A DNA stretch of 64,000 nucleotides from a virus (Duplodnaviria; Caudoviricetes), in the IMG/VR virus record IMGVR_UViG_3300021431_004083, positions 96,001-160,000 of that record; one strand, 5' to 3'. Within the stretch, counting starts at the first letter, position 1; each line of letters opens with the position of its first letter. Below the pieces are notes generated by a model. The model saw only the letters and a list, made by a program, of their open reading frames with translations. It did not search any database and was not told the DNA's origin. Position numbers and translations under genes: made by a program. This document shows, one piece after another, positions 37,178-47,117 of the stretch.

Positions 37178-38566
37178 TTGGAAACGCAACTGAACACCTT
37201 GCAGGATTTAAACATCCTTATTGACAAGGACGAGATAAAAGACAAAGCTCGCGAGAAAAACCCGACAGAAATATGTATTGCTGTTACCTATCTTATTGGC
37301 GTGCCGTGGGAGCGCTGCGCGAATATGTATCCCGGCAAGTATGACGAATATGCCGAGATAAAAAACAAACATCCCGATTGCCACCTCATACACGCGCTAT
37401 GCAAGTTGCGCACGATATTGATGCGAAATGAATCAGAAATCAACCGCAAACTGAAATATGAGCTCAAATCACTGAGAACCATCAACGAAACAGCAGGCGT
37501 TTTGTCTGAAATCAACGAGCTGTCAGAAGACATCCCATTCACTAACAAAACTGTTATCGATGACATCGCCGTCATTGAAAAAGTTCTGAACAGAAAAATC
37601 GACGATGTGCTGACGATTCTGCCGTCATGGGTGGAAAAGAAATTTATCAAAAAGCTGTTCCTCATCAACACAGCATTCACATCCGAACTGAAAAAATTCC
37701 GCAGAAATCGTAACCTGTATCCCTACAGCGCCTATATCAACTGGGAACCGAAGCCCGCAGGCAACATTCTTCTGAACGACAGACGATTCCTGTCGATTAT
37801 CTACAGAGAAAACGGCGCTCAATTCCATGATATAGAAAAAATCAACAAAGTAAACGTACATACCGTTATGTCTGTCTACGAATATATAGAACAGACAAAC
37901 GGAAATATCCGAATCATCATTGATTGTGAAAACACAGACCCATACAAGTTTATGTCAGTGTTAAGTATGCTCGACAAAAAGGAATACGGAAAAATAGACA
38001 GCATTATGCTGTATAATGACGCTGAGCACACACGCATATGGGATTGCATCAGTGAACAAACGGATATACCCGTAGAAATCGACAACATAAAAAGAGTCGT
38101 ACCGAATAAATCACTCGTTGACATTCGTATGACATACGGTATCACAAAAGCGTATTATAAAGATAATATCAGTTCATTTATTATCGTATCGAGTGATTCC
38201 GATTTCTGGGGTGTCATATCAGCAATCCCCGACGCTGATTTCCTGATTGTGGTAGACGACACAAAAACAGGTCAGAAAATCAAGGAAGTATTCACCGACG
38301 CGTCCATCAAATACTGCGACATGAACGATTTCGACAATAACCTGTCGAAAAAGTTCAAAAGAAATCTGATAAAAGCGGAGTTCGAAACGATCGCCAATGA
38401 AACACTAACGGAAAACATCGATACGATCATCGACAAAATCGACAAAACATTATTTCTCAGGCTCAACGAAAACGAACGAGCCCATTTGCGAAACGATATC
38501 GTAAATTCCATCAGAGCGAGCGTAACGAAAAACGGTACAATCAAAATCAGCATATTGCATCGCTGA
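37178..38566 (+). CDS. NYN (PIN-fold) domain protein
   Basis: IIDCEN, LVDIRM and VSSDSDF acidic motifs; TTG after aaggag. Confidence 0.85.
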   Translation: METQLNTLQDLNILIDKDEIKDKAREKNPTEICIAVTYLIGVPWERCANMYPGKYDEYAEIKNKHPDCHLIHALCKLRTILMRNESEINRKLKYELKSLRTINETAGVLSEINELSEDIPFTNKTVIDDIAVIEKVLNRKIDDVLTILPSWVEKKFIKKLFLINTAFTSELKKFRRNRNLYPYSAYINWEPKPAGNILLNDRRFLSIIYRENGAQFHDIEKINKVNVHTVMSVYEYIEQTNGNIRIIIDCENTDPYKFMSVLSMLDKKEYGKIDSIMLYNDAEHTRIWDCISEQTDIPVEIDNIKRVVPNKSLVDIRMTYGITKAYYKDNISSFIIVSSDSDFWGVISAIPDADFLIVVDDTKTGQKIKEVFTDASIKYCDMNDFDNNLSKKFKRNLIKAEFETIANETLTENIDTIIDKIDKTLFLRLNENERAHLRNDIVNSIRASVTKNGTIKISILHR

Positions 38567-38577
38567 AAGGAAACGCT

Positions 38578-38865
38578 ATGGGCAAACCGGAAAACAAAAT
38601 CGAAAAATATCTCAAAGAACAATCGGAAAAAAACGGTTTTATGTGTTTAAAACTATTACCCTCTAAAAGAGGTCTGCCTGACCGTATTCTGATAGGATAC
38701 GGTCAGACGATATATGTAGAAACAAAACGAGAGGATAACGGTCGTTTATCAAAAATACAGGAAATACGCATACAACAAATGAAAGACCATGGCGTACCTG
38801 TATATGTATGTGATACAAAAGAATTAATCGACACATTATTGCTCAAATACAAAGCAAAACGATAA
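38578..38865 (+). CDS. VRR-NUC domain nuclease
   Basis: ENKIE...GLPDR...YVETK...LSKIQ. Confidence 0.92.
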   Translation: MGKPENKIEKYLKEQSEKNGFMCLKLLPSKRGLPDRILIGYGQTIYVETKREDNGRLSKIQEIRIQQMKDHGVPVYVCDTKELIDTLLLKYKAKR

Positions 38866-38967
38866 AACATAATCAAGAATCGTTTGCAAGGTTGTGACTT
38901 TGATGATATTGACAAAAACATCAAAATCAATAACACATTCTAATAATAAAAAGGAGGAAAAACCCCT

Positions 38968-39468
38968 ATGAAACGCAGTCATAAAAAACAAATCAGAACA
39001 CCGTATAAGGAAGGTGTCATCGAATTCACAGCGGGAAACGTAAGCGTAACAGACCCGAGCTATGACCGCGAATCCTTCGGCAAAATCAACGGCATCGAAA
39101 TCATCCCCGGCACGTATATCTGCAATACGATTTACGGTAAAGACAATGAACGAATTGCCATGCAGCTTGTCCTGAATGATGATAAAATCATCAAAACGGT
39201 AAACGCCAACCACTCATGGATATCGGTTGGAACCGTCACGAGCGAAACGAAAACAATCGGCGTGTTCCAAAACAAGCCGAACTTCAAAGCCTACAAGCTC
39301 GGTCAGGTTATCAACGGCGTAGCGCTCTGCCGAATTTGGTCGGATAAGACATATAAAGGAGAACCCAAGGGTTTCATCTTTTATCTCACGAAAGACCTTC
39401 CCGAATACAAAGTACGCGTCGTCAAATCAAAAGATAGAGTAGTTGCTATCGAAATCAGTCTTATATGA
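38968..39468 (+). CDS. Hypothetical protein
   Basis: aaggagg RBS; VTDPSY motif. Confidence 0.75.
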   Translation: MKRSHKKQIRTPYKEGVIEFTAGNVSVTDPSYDRESFGKINGIEIIPGTYICNTIYGKDNERIAMQLVLNDDKIIKTVNANHSWISVGTVTSETKTIGVFQNKPNFKAYKLGQVINGVALCRIWSDKTYKGEPKGFIFYLTKDLPEYKVRVVKSKDRVVAIEISLI

Positions 39469-39532
39469 AAAACACAAACAATCTCTACTATAACAGAATA
39501 AAAAACAAGGTAGAGAAAAGGGGAGCAACTGG

Positions 39533-40252
39533 ATGACAAAAAAGCAAAACGATATCGATGAACTGATACGTATCCTACCGGAACGACTCACAAAAGATAT
39601 AATGACAAACACGAAAATGTCGTTTTTCAAAGAAGCCGTTTATGAACTGAGAACGGGCGCATATGTGCAATGCTATAACAACGTACTCTTGCCGGTAAAA
39701 CGTATAGAGGCGCTCGACGGAACATTCAAAACGTGGGGAATCGACGAGTTCGGAACGGACATAAATATGACAGAATATGACCGTACGCTGAAACATGCAA
39801 CAGACGACGAATACGATATTATTCGCATATTCATCCCTGACGGTGAAACACTGCATAAAATCTATGAACGTCCCGACATCGAACGAACCGAATCGCTGTC
39901 ATTGATTAATGCAAATAAAACACAAATTGACACGTTGCCCGAAAACAACAAAACGGCAAAAGAAAACCCGTCAAAAACGAAATATTTCATTATCATCCGA
40001 ACAAACACAGACACAAAGAACTGTGAAACAGACACAGCAGCAGAAGCGCTGAAGTTCGTAGCTGATGTTCTCAAAGACGCAAATCAAAACACGTGGACAA
40101 GGGAAAGTGTTATCCTTGAAACGCGCATCCAAACCGCAATAGAAACACTGCTCCCGTGTATGCAACACATCGGCACCATCAGCTTAGCGTTCCCTGAATC
40201 ACGATTCAATATCAACATCATAACGACGAAACAAGGAAGGGAAACAGTATGA
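39533..40252 (+). CDS. Hypothetical protein
   Basis: 239-aa ORF with RBS. Confidence 0.7.
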   Translation: MTKKQNDIDELIRILPERLTKDIMTNTKMSFFKEAVYELRTGAYVQCYNNVLLPVKRIEALDGTFKTWGIDEFGTDINMTEYDRTLKHATDDEYDIIRIFIPDGETLHKIYERPDIERTESLSLINANKTQIDTLPENNKTAKENPSKTKYFIIIRTNTDTKNCETDTAAEALKFVADVLKDANQNTWTRESVILETRIQTAIETLLPCMQHIGTISLAFPESRFNINIITTKQGRETV

Positions 40253-40641
40253 CAAAAAAGTACAATATCATTCCTCTTTTCGATATCTTCGTAAAAGGCA
40301 TAGTTGCCGAAAATGAAGATGACGCTATCGCGAAACTCTTCGCTTCAATAAAAACGCCTGAGCAGTTGAAGGAATATGTGAGAGCTATCGACACAGAACA
40401 TCGTATCTGTCGCGGTCAGTTCATCTCGACATGGGACACGAACGAGTTCGACGTCACGAACTGTAAAATCGATATGGAAACACGGGAAATCATCAGTATT
40501 GAACCGTCAGATAAAAACATATCCGGCACAATCGTTGACGAATATGTCAGATTTGTCAACGGTTCATACCGAATTGTCGCCGTTGATGATGATTCCAAAA
40601 TCCCAACAGACAAAAACATCTTATGGTATCGTAAAAACTAA
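40249..40641 (+). CDS. Hypothetical protein
   Basis: ATGA overlap with the upstream gene. Confidence 0.7.
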   Translation: MTKKYNIIPLFDIFVKGIVAENEDDAIAKLFASIKTPEQLKEYVRAIDTEHRICRGQFISTWDTNEFDVTNCKIDMETREIISIEPSDKNISGTIVDEYVRFVNGSYRIVAVDDDSKIPTDKNILWYRKN

Positions 40642-40695
40642 AAAAATACAATTCCGCAGAGGCGAAACTGTCTCTGCGGAACATTTTTCAATCAA

Positions 40696-40999
40696 TTTCA
40701 GTCAATCATATAACCAAAACACAACATAAAACAATCTCTGCTAAAAATGCTGTCAAATGACGGCAAAGTGCAAAGTTCATTTGGGGGCTTCGCCGCTAAA
40801 CAACACCGTCAAATGTCGGTGCCTGCAGAGCAGAGCAGTCGCCAGTGCCGAAACCAAATGTCAGTGCCTGCAGAGAAGTATAAAATGGCGAATTTACAGA
40901 GTACCGACCAACTAAAAATTTTCAGTCAATCACATAATCAAAACGTAATATAAAACAATCTCTGCTAAACAGTACCATCAAATGTCGGTACTTGCAAAG
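40696..40999 (+). repeat. Duplicated regulatory modules upstream of clpP
   Basis: TTTCAGTCAATCA...TAAAACAATCTCTGCTAAA x2 (40696, 40920) and CAAATGTC(G/A)GT(G/A)C(C/T)TGCA(G/A)AG x3 plus one degenerate copy. Confidence 0.8.
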
Positions 41000-41043
41000 T
41001 AAGGACGACGTTTTGCCAAACAAAAAAAAGAAAGGATACATAC

Positions 41044-41670
41044 ATGCTTTCCGATAATATTATTTCACTCGCCAATTCAACAAGAAACACCCTTATTCCC
41101 AACGTCATTCAGAGAACGCCGAATGGGGAAAGGGCTTACGATTTATACTCCCGTCTTCTCGAAGACCGTATTGTCATGCTCAACGAGGACGTAAACCCTA
41201 TGTCTGCGTCTGTCATTTGCGCACAGCTCCTCTATCTTGAGAGCGTTGACACCAACAAAGATATCTATCTCTACATCAACAGCCCCGGAGGTTCCGTATC
41301 CGACGGTCTCGCCATTCTTGACACAATGAACTTCATCAAACCTGATGTATCGACCATCTGCATGGGTATGGCTGCGTCAATGGGAGCTGTCCTGCTCACA
41401 GCAGGAGCCAAAGGAAAACGCTTCTGTTTACCGCATTCCGAAGTTATGATTCATCAGCCCCTCGGCGGCACTCAGGGACAGGCGACCGATATCGAAATCG
41501 CAACCAAACACATCCTTCGTACCAAGAAAACTTTGTATGCAATTCTGTCAGCCGCCACAGGCAAAAACTTTGACGAAATAACCGCAGCTTGTGAGCGTGA
41601 CAACTGGCTCACAGCCGAAGAAGCTCAAAACTTCGGTCTTATTGATGGGATTCTGTCCAAAAGACCGTAA
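41044..41670 (+). CDS. clpP: ATP-dependent Clp protease proteolytic subunit
   Basis: [30 protein letters not shown] and ERDNWL. Confidence 0.97.
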   Translation: MLSDNIISLANSTRNTLIPNVIQRTPNGERAYDLYSRLLEDRIVMLNEDVNPMSASVICAQLLYLESVDTNKDIYLYINSPGGSVSDGLAILDTMNFIKPDVSTICMGMAASMGAVLLTAGAKGKRFCLPHSEVMIHQPLGGTQGQATDIEIATKHILRTKKTLYAILSAATGKNFDEITAACERDNWLTAEEAQNFGLIDGILSKRP

Positions 41671-41687
41671 ACAAAAGGACAACCGCT

Positions 41688-42332
41688 ATGCTTTACAATC
41701 CAAACGAATATGAAAAGTTCAAAAACGTCATATACGGCAAAAACAAAGTTGACCTTCCACGTTATCCGTACAACCTGTATCTTGATGTAGAGCCTTACCA
41801 CAAACGACAAAGAACATCATATCATGAAGCACACCTCGGTCTCAACACAGACTTGCCATACGGTGACGATATCATAGAAGGGTTGACATTTGCTGTAAAC
41901 AAACTGCCCCCAATGCCGAGAATGGCAGTTGTATCAATCTATATCAACGAGAAAACAAAAACGCAAACGGCACGTGACATGTATCCCGATGAAAGCCTGA
42001 AAACGGCAATCAAACATGTCAACACGTCACTGAAAAGAGCGTTCACCGATTTGGTAAAACCGCCGTTGATTGGCTACATCAAATACGGAAAAAACGGATA
42101 TGACCAAATCATAAAACGGCAACGAAACAGCGATTGTTCAAAGGACACACTTCCGATTGAACGAGCAGGTCTGTCAACACGTGTCACAAACGCATTGAAA
42201 CGCGGTCATATCGACACAAAAGGTATGCTGATCTACATCGTAGAAAACGCGCCGGAGAAACTGGACATGATACCGGGTATCGGAACAGCGGCAAAACGCG
42301 AAATAAACAAAATGTTGACAAACAACAACTAA
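41688..42332 (+). CDS. Putative transcription factor: sigma region-4-like HTH + RNA polymerase alpha-CTD-like domain
   Basis: AVNKLPPMPRMAVVSIYINEKTKTQTARDM; C-terminal PIERAGLSTRVTNALKR...IPGIGTAAKREI. Confidence 0.75.
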   Translation: MLYNPNEYEKFKNVIYGKNKVDLPRYPYNLYLDVEPYHKRQRTSYHEAHLGLNTDLPYGDDIIEGLTFAVNKLPPMPRMAVVSIYINEKTKTQTARDMYPDESLKTAIKHVNTSLKRAFTDLVKPPLIGYIKYGKNGYDQIIKRQRNSDCSKDTLPIERAGLSTRVTNALKRGHIDTKGMLIYIVENAPEKLDMIPGIGTAAKREINKMLTNNN

Positions 42333-42346
42333 AAAAGGAGTCAACC

Positions 42347-42763
42347 ATGTATATCATTTACTATAAAGAAAATACAGCGACATCAAAAGAATCGCAAAAA
42401 CATGTTACTTGCGACTATCTAAAAGACGTTGAAGAAACAATAGATAAACTGGTAAAACAAGGACATGAAGTTACGCACGCCTTCAACGCCGAAAACGACC
42501 TGTTTGCGTACATCAAAAAAGGACAAGCTGACTTCGCAAACAAATGTTATATGTATGGATTATCGCCTGACATATACGGTGAAAAGGTATTGCTGTCAAA
42601 CGGCGAAATCTGTAAAATCAAAAACATCAAACCGAGAAACCGCAAATATCCCATTATCGTCTGGAGCGAACAGAGCAACAAATCATACAAATTATCTCCC
42701 AGACAAACGATGTTCGCGAAAGAACGATATGACGAAATACAGAAAGGAGATGCTGCCACATGA
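42347..42763 (+). CDS. Hypothetical protein
   Basis: aaggag RBS; KPRNRKYPI motif. Confidence 0.75.
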   Translation: MYIIYYKENTATSKESQKHVTCDYLKDVEETIDKLVKQGHEVTHAFNAENDLFAYIKKGQADFANKCYMYGLSPDIYGEKVLLSNGEICKIKNIKPRNRKYPIIVWSEQSNKSYKLSPRQTMFAKERYDEIQKGDAAT

Positions 42764-43326
42764 TTACAGGTACAATGCTGCACAAAGCACTCAAAGAGAA
42801 CATCATCCAACTGAAAACAACAATGGAGTCTGAAGGCGTCTTCTGCCAAATCGGAGAATACAGCTTCTATTTCGATTCGCTCGCTGAGACGTTCGATAAC
42901 CCTGAAGACTATAAAGCAATGGTATCGACATCTCACATCGTGAACAAAATCGCAGAAGCCCTTGAAAAACTAAACAATAAGAAAACCATTGTTGTATATA
43001 ACTATGTCGAAAGTTATATCAACTACAAGTTATACGAAAACAAACCCGCAACACTGTATGACATCAAAAACGAAAGCGGTCAATATATCATCCCCGTATC
43101 ATGGGCTGTCTATTCAACAATAACGGTAGAAGCCAACAGTCTCGGAGACGCCGTCGATATCGCAAAAGAGAAGATGGACGATATACCGCTGTGTACAGAC
43201 GGCATAGAGTATGTCGATGGGTCTTACTCTATCGACATTGAAACTGACGAAGACGCCGAAAACGCACAAAGCTATACGACACTCGGCAACGTCACGATTC
43301 ACAAAAACGGCGAAATCACAGAATAA
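42760..43326 (+). CDS. Hypothetical protein
   Basis: ATGA overlap; 188 aa. Confidence 0.75.
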   Translation: MITGTMLHKALKENIIQLKTTMESEGVFCQIGEYSFYFDSLAETFDNPEDYKAMVSTSHIVNKIAEALEKLNNKKTIVVYNYVESYINYKLYENKPATLYDIKNESGQYIIPVSWAVYSTITVEANSLGDAVDIAKEKMDDIPLCTDGIEYVDGSYSIDIETDEDAENAQSYTTLGNVTIHKNGEITE

Positions 43327-43341
43327 AAGAAGGTTATACCG

Positions 43342-44784
43342 ATGCCTCAAAGAACGACACCGCAAATACAAAGCGCACCGTTATCAATTGAGCAGGAAAC
43401 ATATAAACAATTCGGACTCACACACCCGAAATGTGGACTTTGGCTTGACATGGGCTGCGGAAAAACACGAATAACATTAGAAATATTATTCGACCGCAAT
43501 CCCAGTCATCACGTACTGATTATCGCTCCGAAAACAATTGCGCGCTCTGTATGGACGGATGAAATCAAAAAATGGGGACTGCCGTTCCGAACAAAGTCCC
43601 TGATTGTCAATGAACGCGGCAAAAAGCTTTCAAGAAAAAAGCGTCTCGAAAGATATGAAGAGATAAAAACCGACCCGCCGACAGTATATTTCATCAACAG
43701 AGAGCTTGTGACGGACCTTGTGACGTATTTCGAAAAGCAAAATCCGAAAATATGGTGGTTCCCGACAGTCATCATTGACGAAGCACAAGCCTTCAAAGGT
43801 TATAAGTCCGCCCGTTTCAAAGCCATGCAAAAAGTACAGCCCGCGATTCAATATCTCATTGAATTAACAGGAACACCAAAACCGAAGGGTGTTGAAGACT
43901 TATGGCCGCAAATATACCTCATGGACGGAGGACAACGTCTCGGGAAAAACATCACTGCCTTCCGCAACAGCTTCATGTATCCGACAGCTGTAGTAAACGG
44001 ACACCCTGTCGGGTATCAGCCTATAAAAGGCGCTGAAGATGAAATCTATCGCCGTATCGCCGACCTTGTCATTTCGGGCAAAAATAACTCTGTTAAATTG
44101 CCGACACTCAATATGCAAACGATTTACGCGCATATGACAGAAGACGAAATGAAAATATACAAAACGCTAATGAAAGATTACGTGTTTGTGTCTGACGACG
44201 GTGATGTTGTGACAGCTGACACAGCAGCCATTCTGCAAATGAAGTTGGCACAAATGTCATCCGGCACGCTATATACCGACGCCAAAAACAATCAGTATGC
44301 AGTCATCCACGAGCAGAAGCTCGATATATGTAAATATATCATTGACAACACATCGACGCCATGCCTGATCGCGTATCACTTCAACAGCGAAAAATCGGAA
44401 ATCATCAAATATTTCTCAGACAAAGGATATGGCATAAAGGTATTCGATAAAACGCCCGAGATGATTAAGAAATGGAACGACGGTAACATTCCTATCATGT
44501 TGATTCAACCCGCATCTGCAGGGCATGGTCTGAATCTCCAATTCGGCGGACACGATTTGATATGGTACACACTGCCGTTTTGGGACTTAGAGCAATACCT
44601 GCAGACAAACGCCCGCCTGTACCGAAACGGTCAGCGCTACGCTGTCAACATATGGCACATATTGACAAAAGGTACAATCGACGCGCGCATCTTGAAAGGC
44701 TTAAACATGCGAGACTTTAGCCAAAAAGAAATGCTCGAAGCTGTTAACGCATGCAAAAACATACCGATTTCAGACGTCTCATAA
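43342..44784 (+). CDS. SNF2-family helicase (phage type)
   Basis: DMGCGKT, IIDEA, LTGTP, AGHGLNLQ and QTNARLYRNGQ. Confidence 0.93.
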   Translation: MPQRTTPQIQSAPLSIEQETYKQFGLTHPKCGLWLDMGCGKTRITLEILFDRNPSHHVLIIAPKTIARSVWTDEIKKWGLPFRTKSLIVNERGKKLSRKKRLERYEEIKTDPPTVYFINRELVTDLVTYFEKQNPKIWWFPTVIIDEAQAFKGYKSARFKAMQKVQPAIQYLIELTGTPKPKGVEDLWPQIYLMDGGQRLGKNITAFRNSFMYPTAVVNGHPVGYQPIKGAEDEIYRRIADLVISGKNNSVKLPTLNMQTIYAHMTEDEMKIYKTLMKDYVFVSDDGDVVTADTAAILQMKLAQMSSGTLYTDAKNNQYAVIHEQKLDICKYIIDNTSTPCLIAYHFNSEKSEIIKYFSDKGYGIKVFDKTPEMIKKWNDGNIPIMLIQPASAGHGLNLQFGGHDLIWYTLPFWDLEQYLQTNARLYRNGQRYAVNIWHILTKGTIDARILKGLNMRDFSQKEMLEAVNACKNIPISDVS

Positions 44785-44803
44785 GGAAAGGAGAGGTTCG
44801 TAC

Positions 44804-45460
44804 GTGATTTACGGTTATTGCAGAACATCCACCGCAAACCAAAGCATAGAAAAACAAATACGAAACATCCTCTCCGCCTTTCCTGATGCTGAAATCCATC
44901 AAGAAGAATACACAGGAAGAAAACTCTGTGAACACAAAGAGTTTGACAAAATAATCAAACAAGTCAAACCCGGCGATACGATTGTATTTGACAGTATCAG
45001 TCAAATGGGCTACGACGCTGATGACAGTATTATGTCCTATCTCGATTTATTCGACAAAGAAATCAACCTTGTGTTTTTGAAAGAACCCCATATTAACACA
45101 AGCACGTACAGAAGCGTTTTACCAAACACGATTCCAATAACGGAAACCATCTGTATAAAAAAGTTGATTGAAAAACAAATACGTCTTATGCTTAAACAAT
45201 CACAAAAGAAAACGAATGATTTCCGCAAACAAGTCGCAAAAGGTATTGAAACCGCAAGGCGAAACGGAAAACAAATCGGACAGAAAAAAGGGACAACGCT
45301 TCATATAAAAAAGAAAGCGCCCGCAAAAGCTCTGATTGAAAAACACAGCAAAGATTTCAGAGGAACATTACCTGACGGTGAAGTGATGAAACTTATCGGG
45401 TTGAGCCGCAACACATATTACAAATATAAGAAAGAACTAACGATTGAACTAAACTCATAA
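44804..45460 (+). CDS. Small serine recombinase (resolvase) family protein, active site degenerate
   Basis: YGYCRTST, FLKEPHINT and C-terminal HTH LSRNTYYKY; SRMSR-type motif reads SQMGY. Confidence 0.85.
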   Translation: MIYGYCRTSTANQSIEKQIRNILSAFPDAEIHQEEYTGRKLCEHKEFDKIIKQVKPGDTIVFDSISQMGYDADDSIMSYLDLFDKEINLVFLKEPHINTSTYRSVLPNTIPITETICIKKLIEKQIRLMLKQSQKKTNDFRKQVAKGIETARRNGKQIGQKKGTTLHIKKKAPAKALIEKHSKDFRGTLPDGEVMKLIGLSRNTYYKYKKELTIELNS

Positions 45461-45516
45461 TGCTCATAAATAAAAAAGCTGTGGATAAACCACAGCCTTA
45501 ATATCACAATAACGCA

Positions 45517-46050
45517 TCAACCGTGTTCTTCTGGTTTTACACCGACACGCCATACACCGATACAGCGTAAATCGGATTGCGTGACAGATTGAGAGGGTAA
45601 ATGAATTACCTTTTTATGATACAATGACTCAATATCAGCGGCGTCATTGTACTTGAGAAGGTCATCTACAGTCATATTCGCACTATTAGCGATATCCTTT
45701 ATCACATCACTGTTCTTTACGTCATATATCCAAATACCTTTGTCATCTTCCGTAAAATAAGGATGGACATAATTACCATCCTTATTTTCCACATCGGGAT
45801 TGTTCCGATAGTCGGACAGCCTTTTGTTGGCTTGATTGGTGCGTTCCGTAACAGCATTATGCTCCGCAATAGCAGCATTATCAGACATGCGCTTTTGATA
45901 GTCGTCATGATAAGAGACCATAGAAGCCTGCGCTTGTGAAACAGCATCATTATGAATATTAGACAGATTCTGATATGCAAAATAACCGGTGCCGCCAACA
46001 GCAATGACACTCGCAAGAATAGCAGCAACAAAAGGAACCTTGCTTGACAC
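45517..46050 (-). CDS. Membrane-anchored LysM-like protein
   Basis: N-terminal TM; YDVKNSDVIKDIA...TVDDLLKYN...IHLP; GTG after gaggtg. Confidence 0.75.
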   Translation of the reverse strand: MSSKVPFVAAILASVIAVGGTGYFAYQNLSNIHNDAVSQAQASMVSYHDDYQKRMSDNAAIAEHNAVTERTNQANKRLSDYRNNPDVENKDGNYVHPYFTEDDKGIWIYDVKNSDVIKDIANSANMTVDDLLKYNDAADIESLYHKKVIHLPSQSVTQSDLRCIGVWRVGVKPEEHG

Positions 46051-46199
46051 AAAAACCACCTCATTTATAAAATATATGATGACAAACGTCATTTAATATG
46101 TTATAATAATAGCAGATAAATCTTTGAAAATCAATAGTTTTCTGAAGATTTACTAATAAAATAATCTCTGCAACAGCAGGGAAAGGAGAATTTTACAAT

Positions 46200-47027
46200 A
46201 TGGCAAACGATTATGGCAATTTTGCCCCCAAAACAAAGGCCTACATCAGAGGCAAACTCGAATTCGGACGTTTGATTACACCGTACGACGGCGAAGAGCT
46301 TATCGCGAACAATAAGCGACGCGTCGGTATCGGCAAGAAGGAAATCAACAGCCCGCACAGAAGCATCCGTTTGAGGAACGCGGCGCTCTGCTGGGAAAAG
46401 GGTACTCCCCTTGAGCAGTATCTCAAGGAAAACAAGCTCTACAACAGCGAGAAGCCCGAAAGAAAGCCGAACAATCCGTATTTCGAGCTCGACCCCAAGG
46501 GCGCGCTCATGCCTCTGTTCTACGAGCTTAAGGGTGACAGATATGAAGAGTTCGTTCCCGAGAACGAGCTTGATTCCAATCTCGACGTCACCATCGAAGT
46601 TGAGGTATTCCAGAGCAGAAACGGCAGCGGTCTCGGCTTGAGAGCCATCTACGTGAACGAGCCTGTGAGATATTTCACTCGCAACAATGACCTCGAAGCG
46701 TTCGGCGTAAACATCAAGCCCATGTCTCGTGAGCAGCGTGAAGCGGAGCGTGAAGCGCTCATCAACAGAATCAATGCAGAGAACGCGGCAATGCAGCAGA
46801 ATATGGCGCCTCAGGCAGCTCCCGCGCAGACCTATGGTCAGCCCGTAATGCCGCAGGCACAGCCGTATCAGCCCCCTTATCAGGGTTATCAACAGCCTCC
46901 CGTTCCGCCTTATCAGGGCTATCAGCAGCCCACAGCGCCCCAGATGCCCATGGGACAGGCAAACGGTTTTCAGCAGCCTCCGGTAAATCCCGCAGGCGCC
47001 GGTATCTCTTGGGGCGAAGACGAATAA
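46200..47027 (+). CDS. Putative single-stranded DNA-binding protein with Q/P-rich tail
   Basis: Beta-rich N-terminal domain; PYQGYQQP repeats; acidic/aromatic C-terminus GISWGEDE; next to the primase. Confidence 0.6.
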   Translation: MANDYGNFAPKTKAYIRGKLEFGRLITPYDGEELIANNKRRVGIGKKEINSPHRSIRLRNAALCWEKGTPLEQYLKENKLYNSEKPERKPNNPYFELDPKGALMPLFYELKGDRYEEFVPENELDSNLDVTIEVEVFQSRNGSGLGLRAIYVNEPVRYFTRNNDLEAFGVNIKPMSREQREAEREALINRINAENAAMQQNMAPQAAPAQTYGQPVMPQAQPYQPPYQGYQQPPVPPYQGYQQPTAPQMPMGQANGFQQPPVNPAGAGISWGEDE

Positions 47028-47117
47028 GAGAAATACCGTAAATAAAACCCCAAACATGTCGTTTATCACAAAAACGGCACAATAAAACGATAAAGAGAGC
47101 AGAAAGGAGTGCGGGTT

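Noticed and set aside
40696-40999. CRISPR array
   Set aside because: Repeats are degenerate and irregularly spaced, and no cas genes are in the window.
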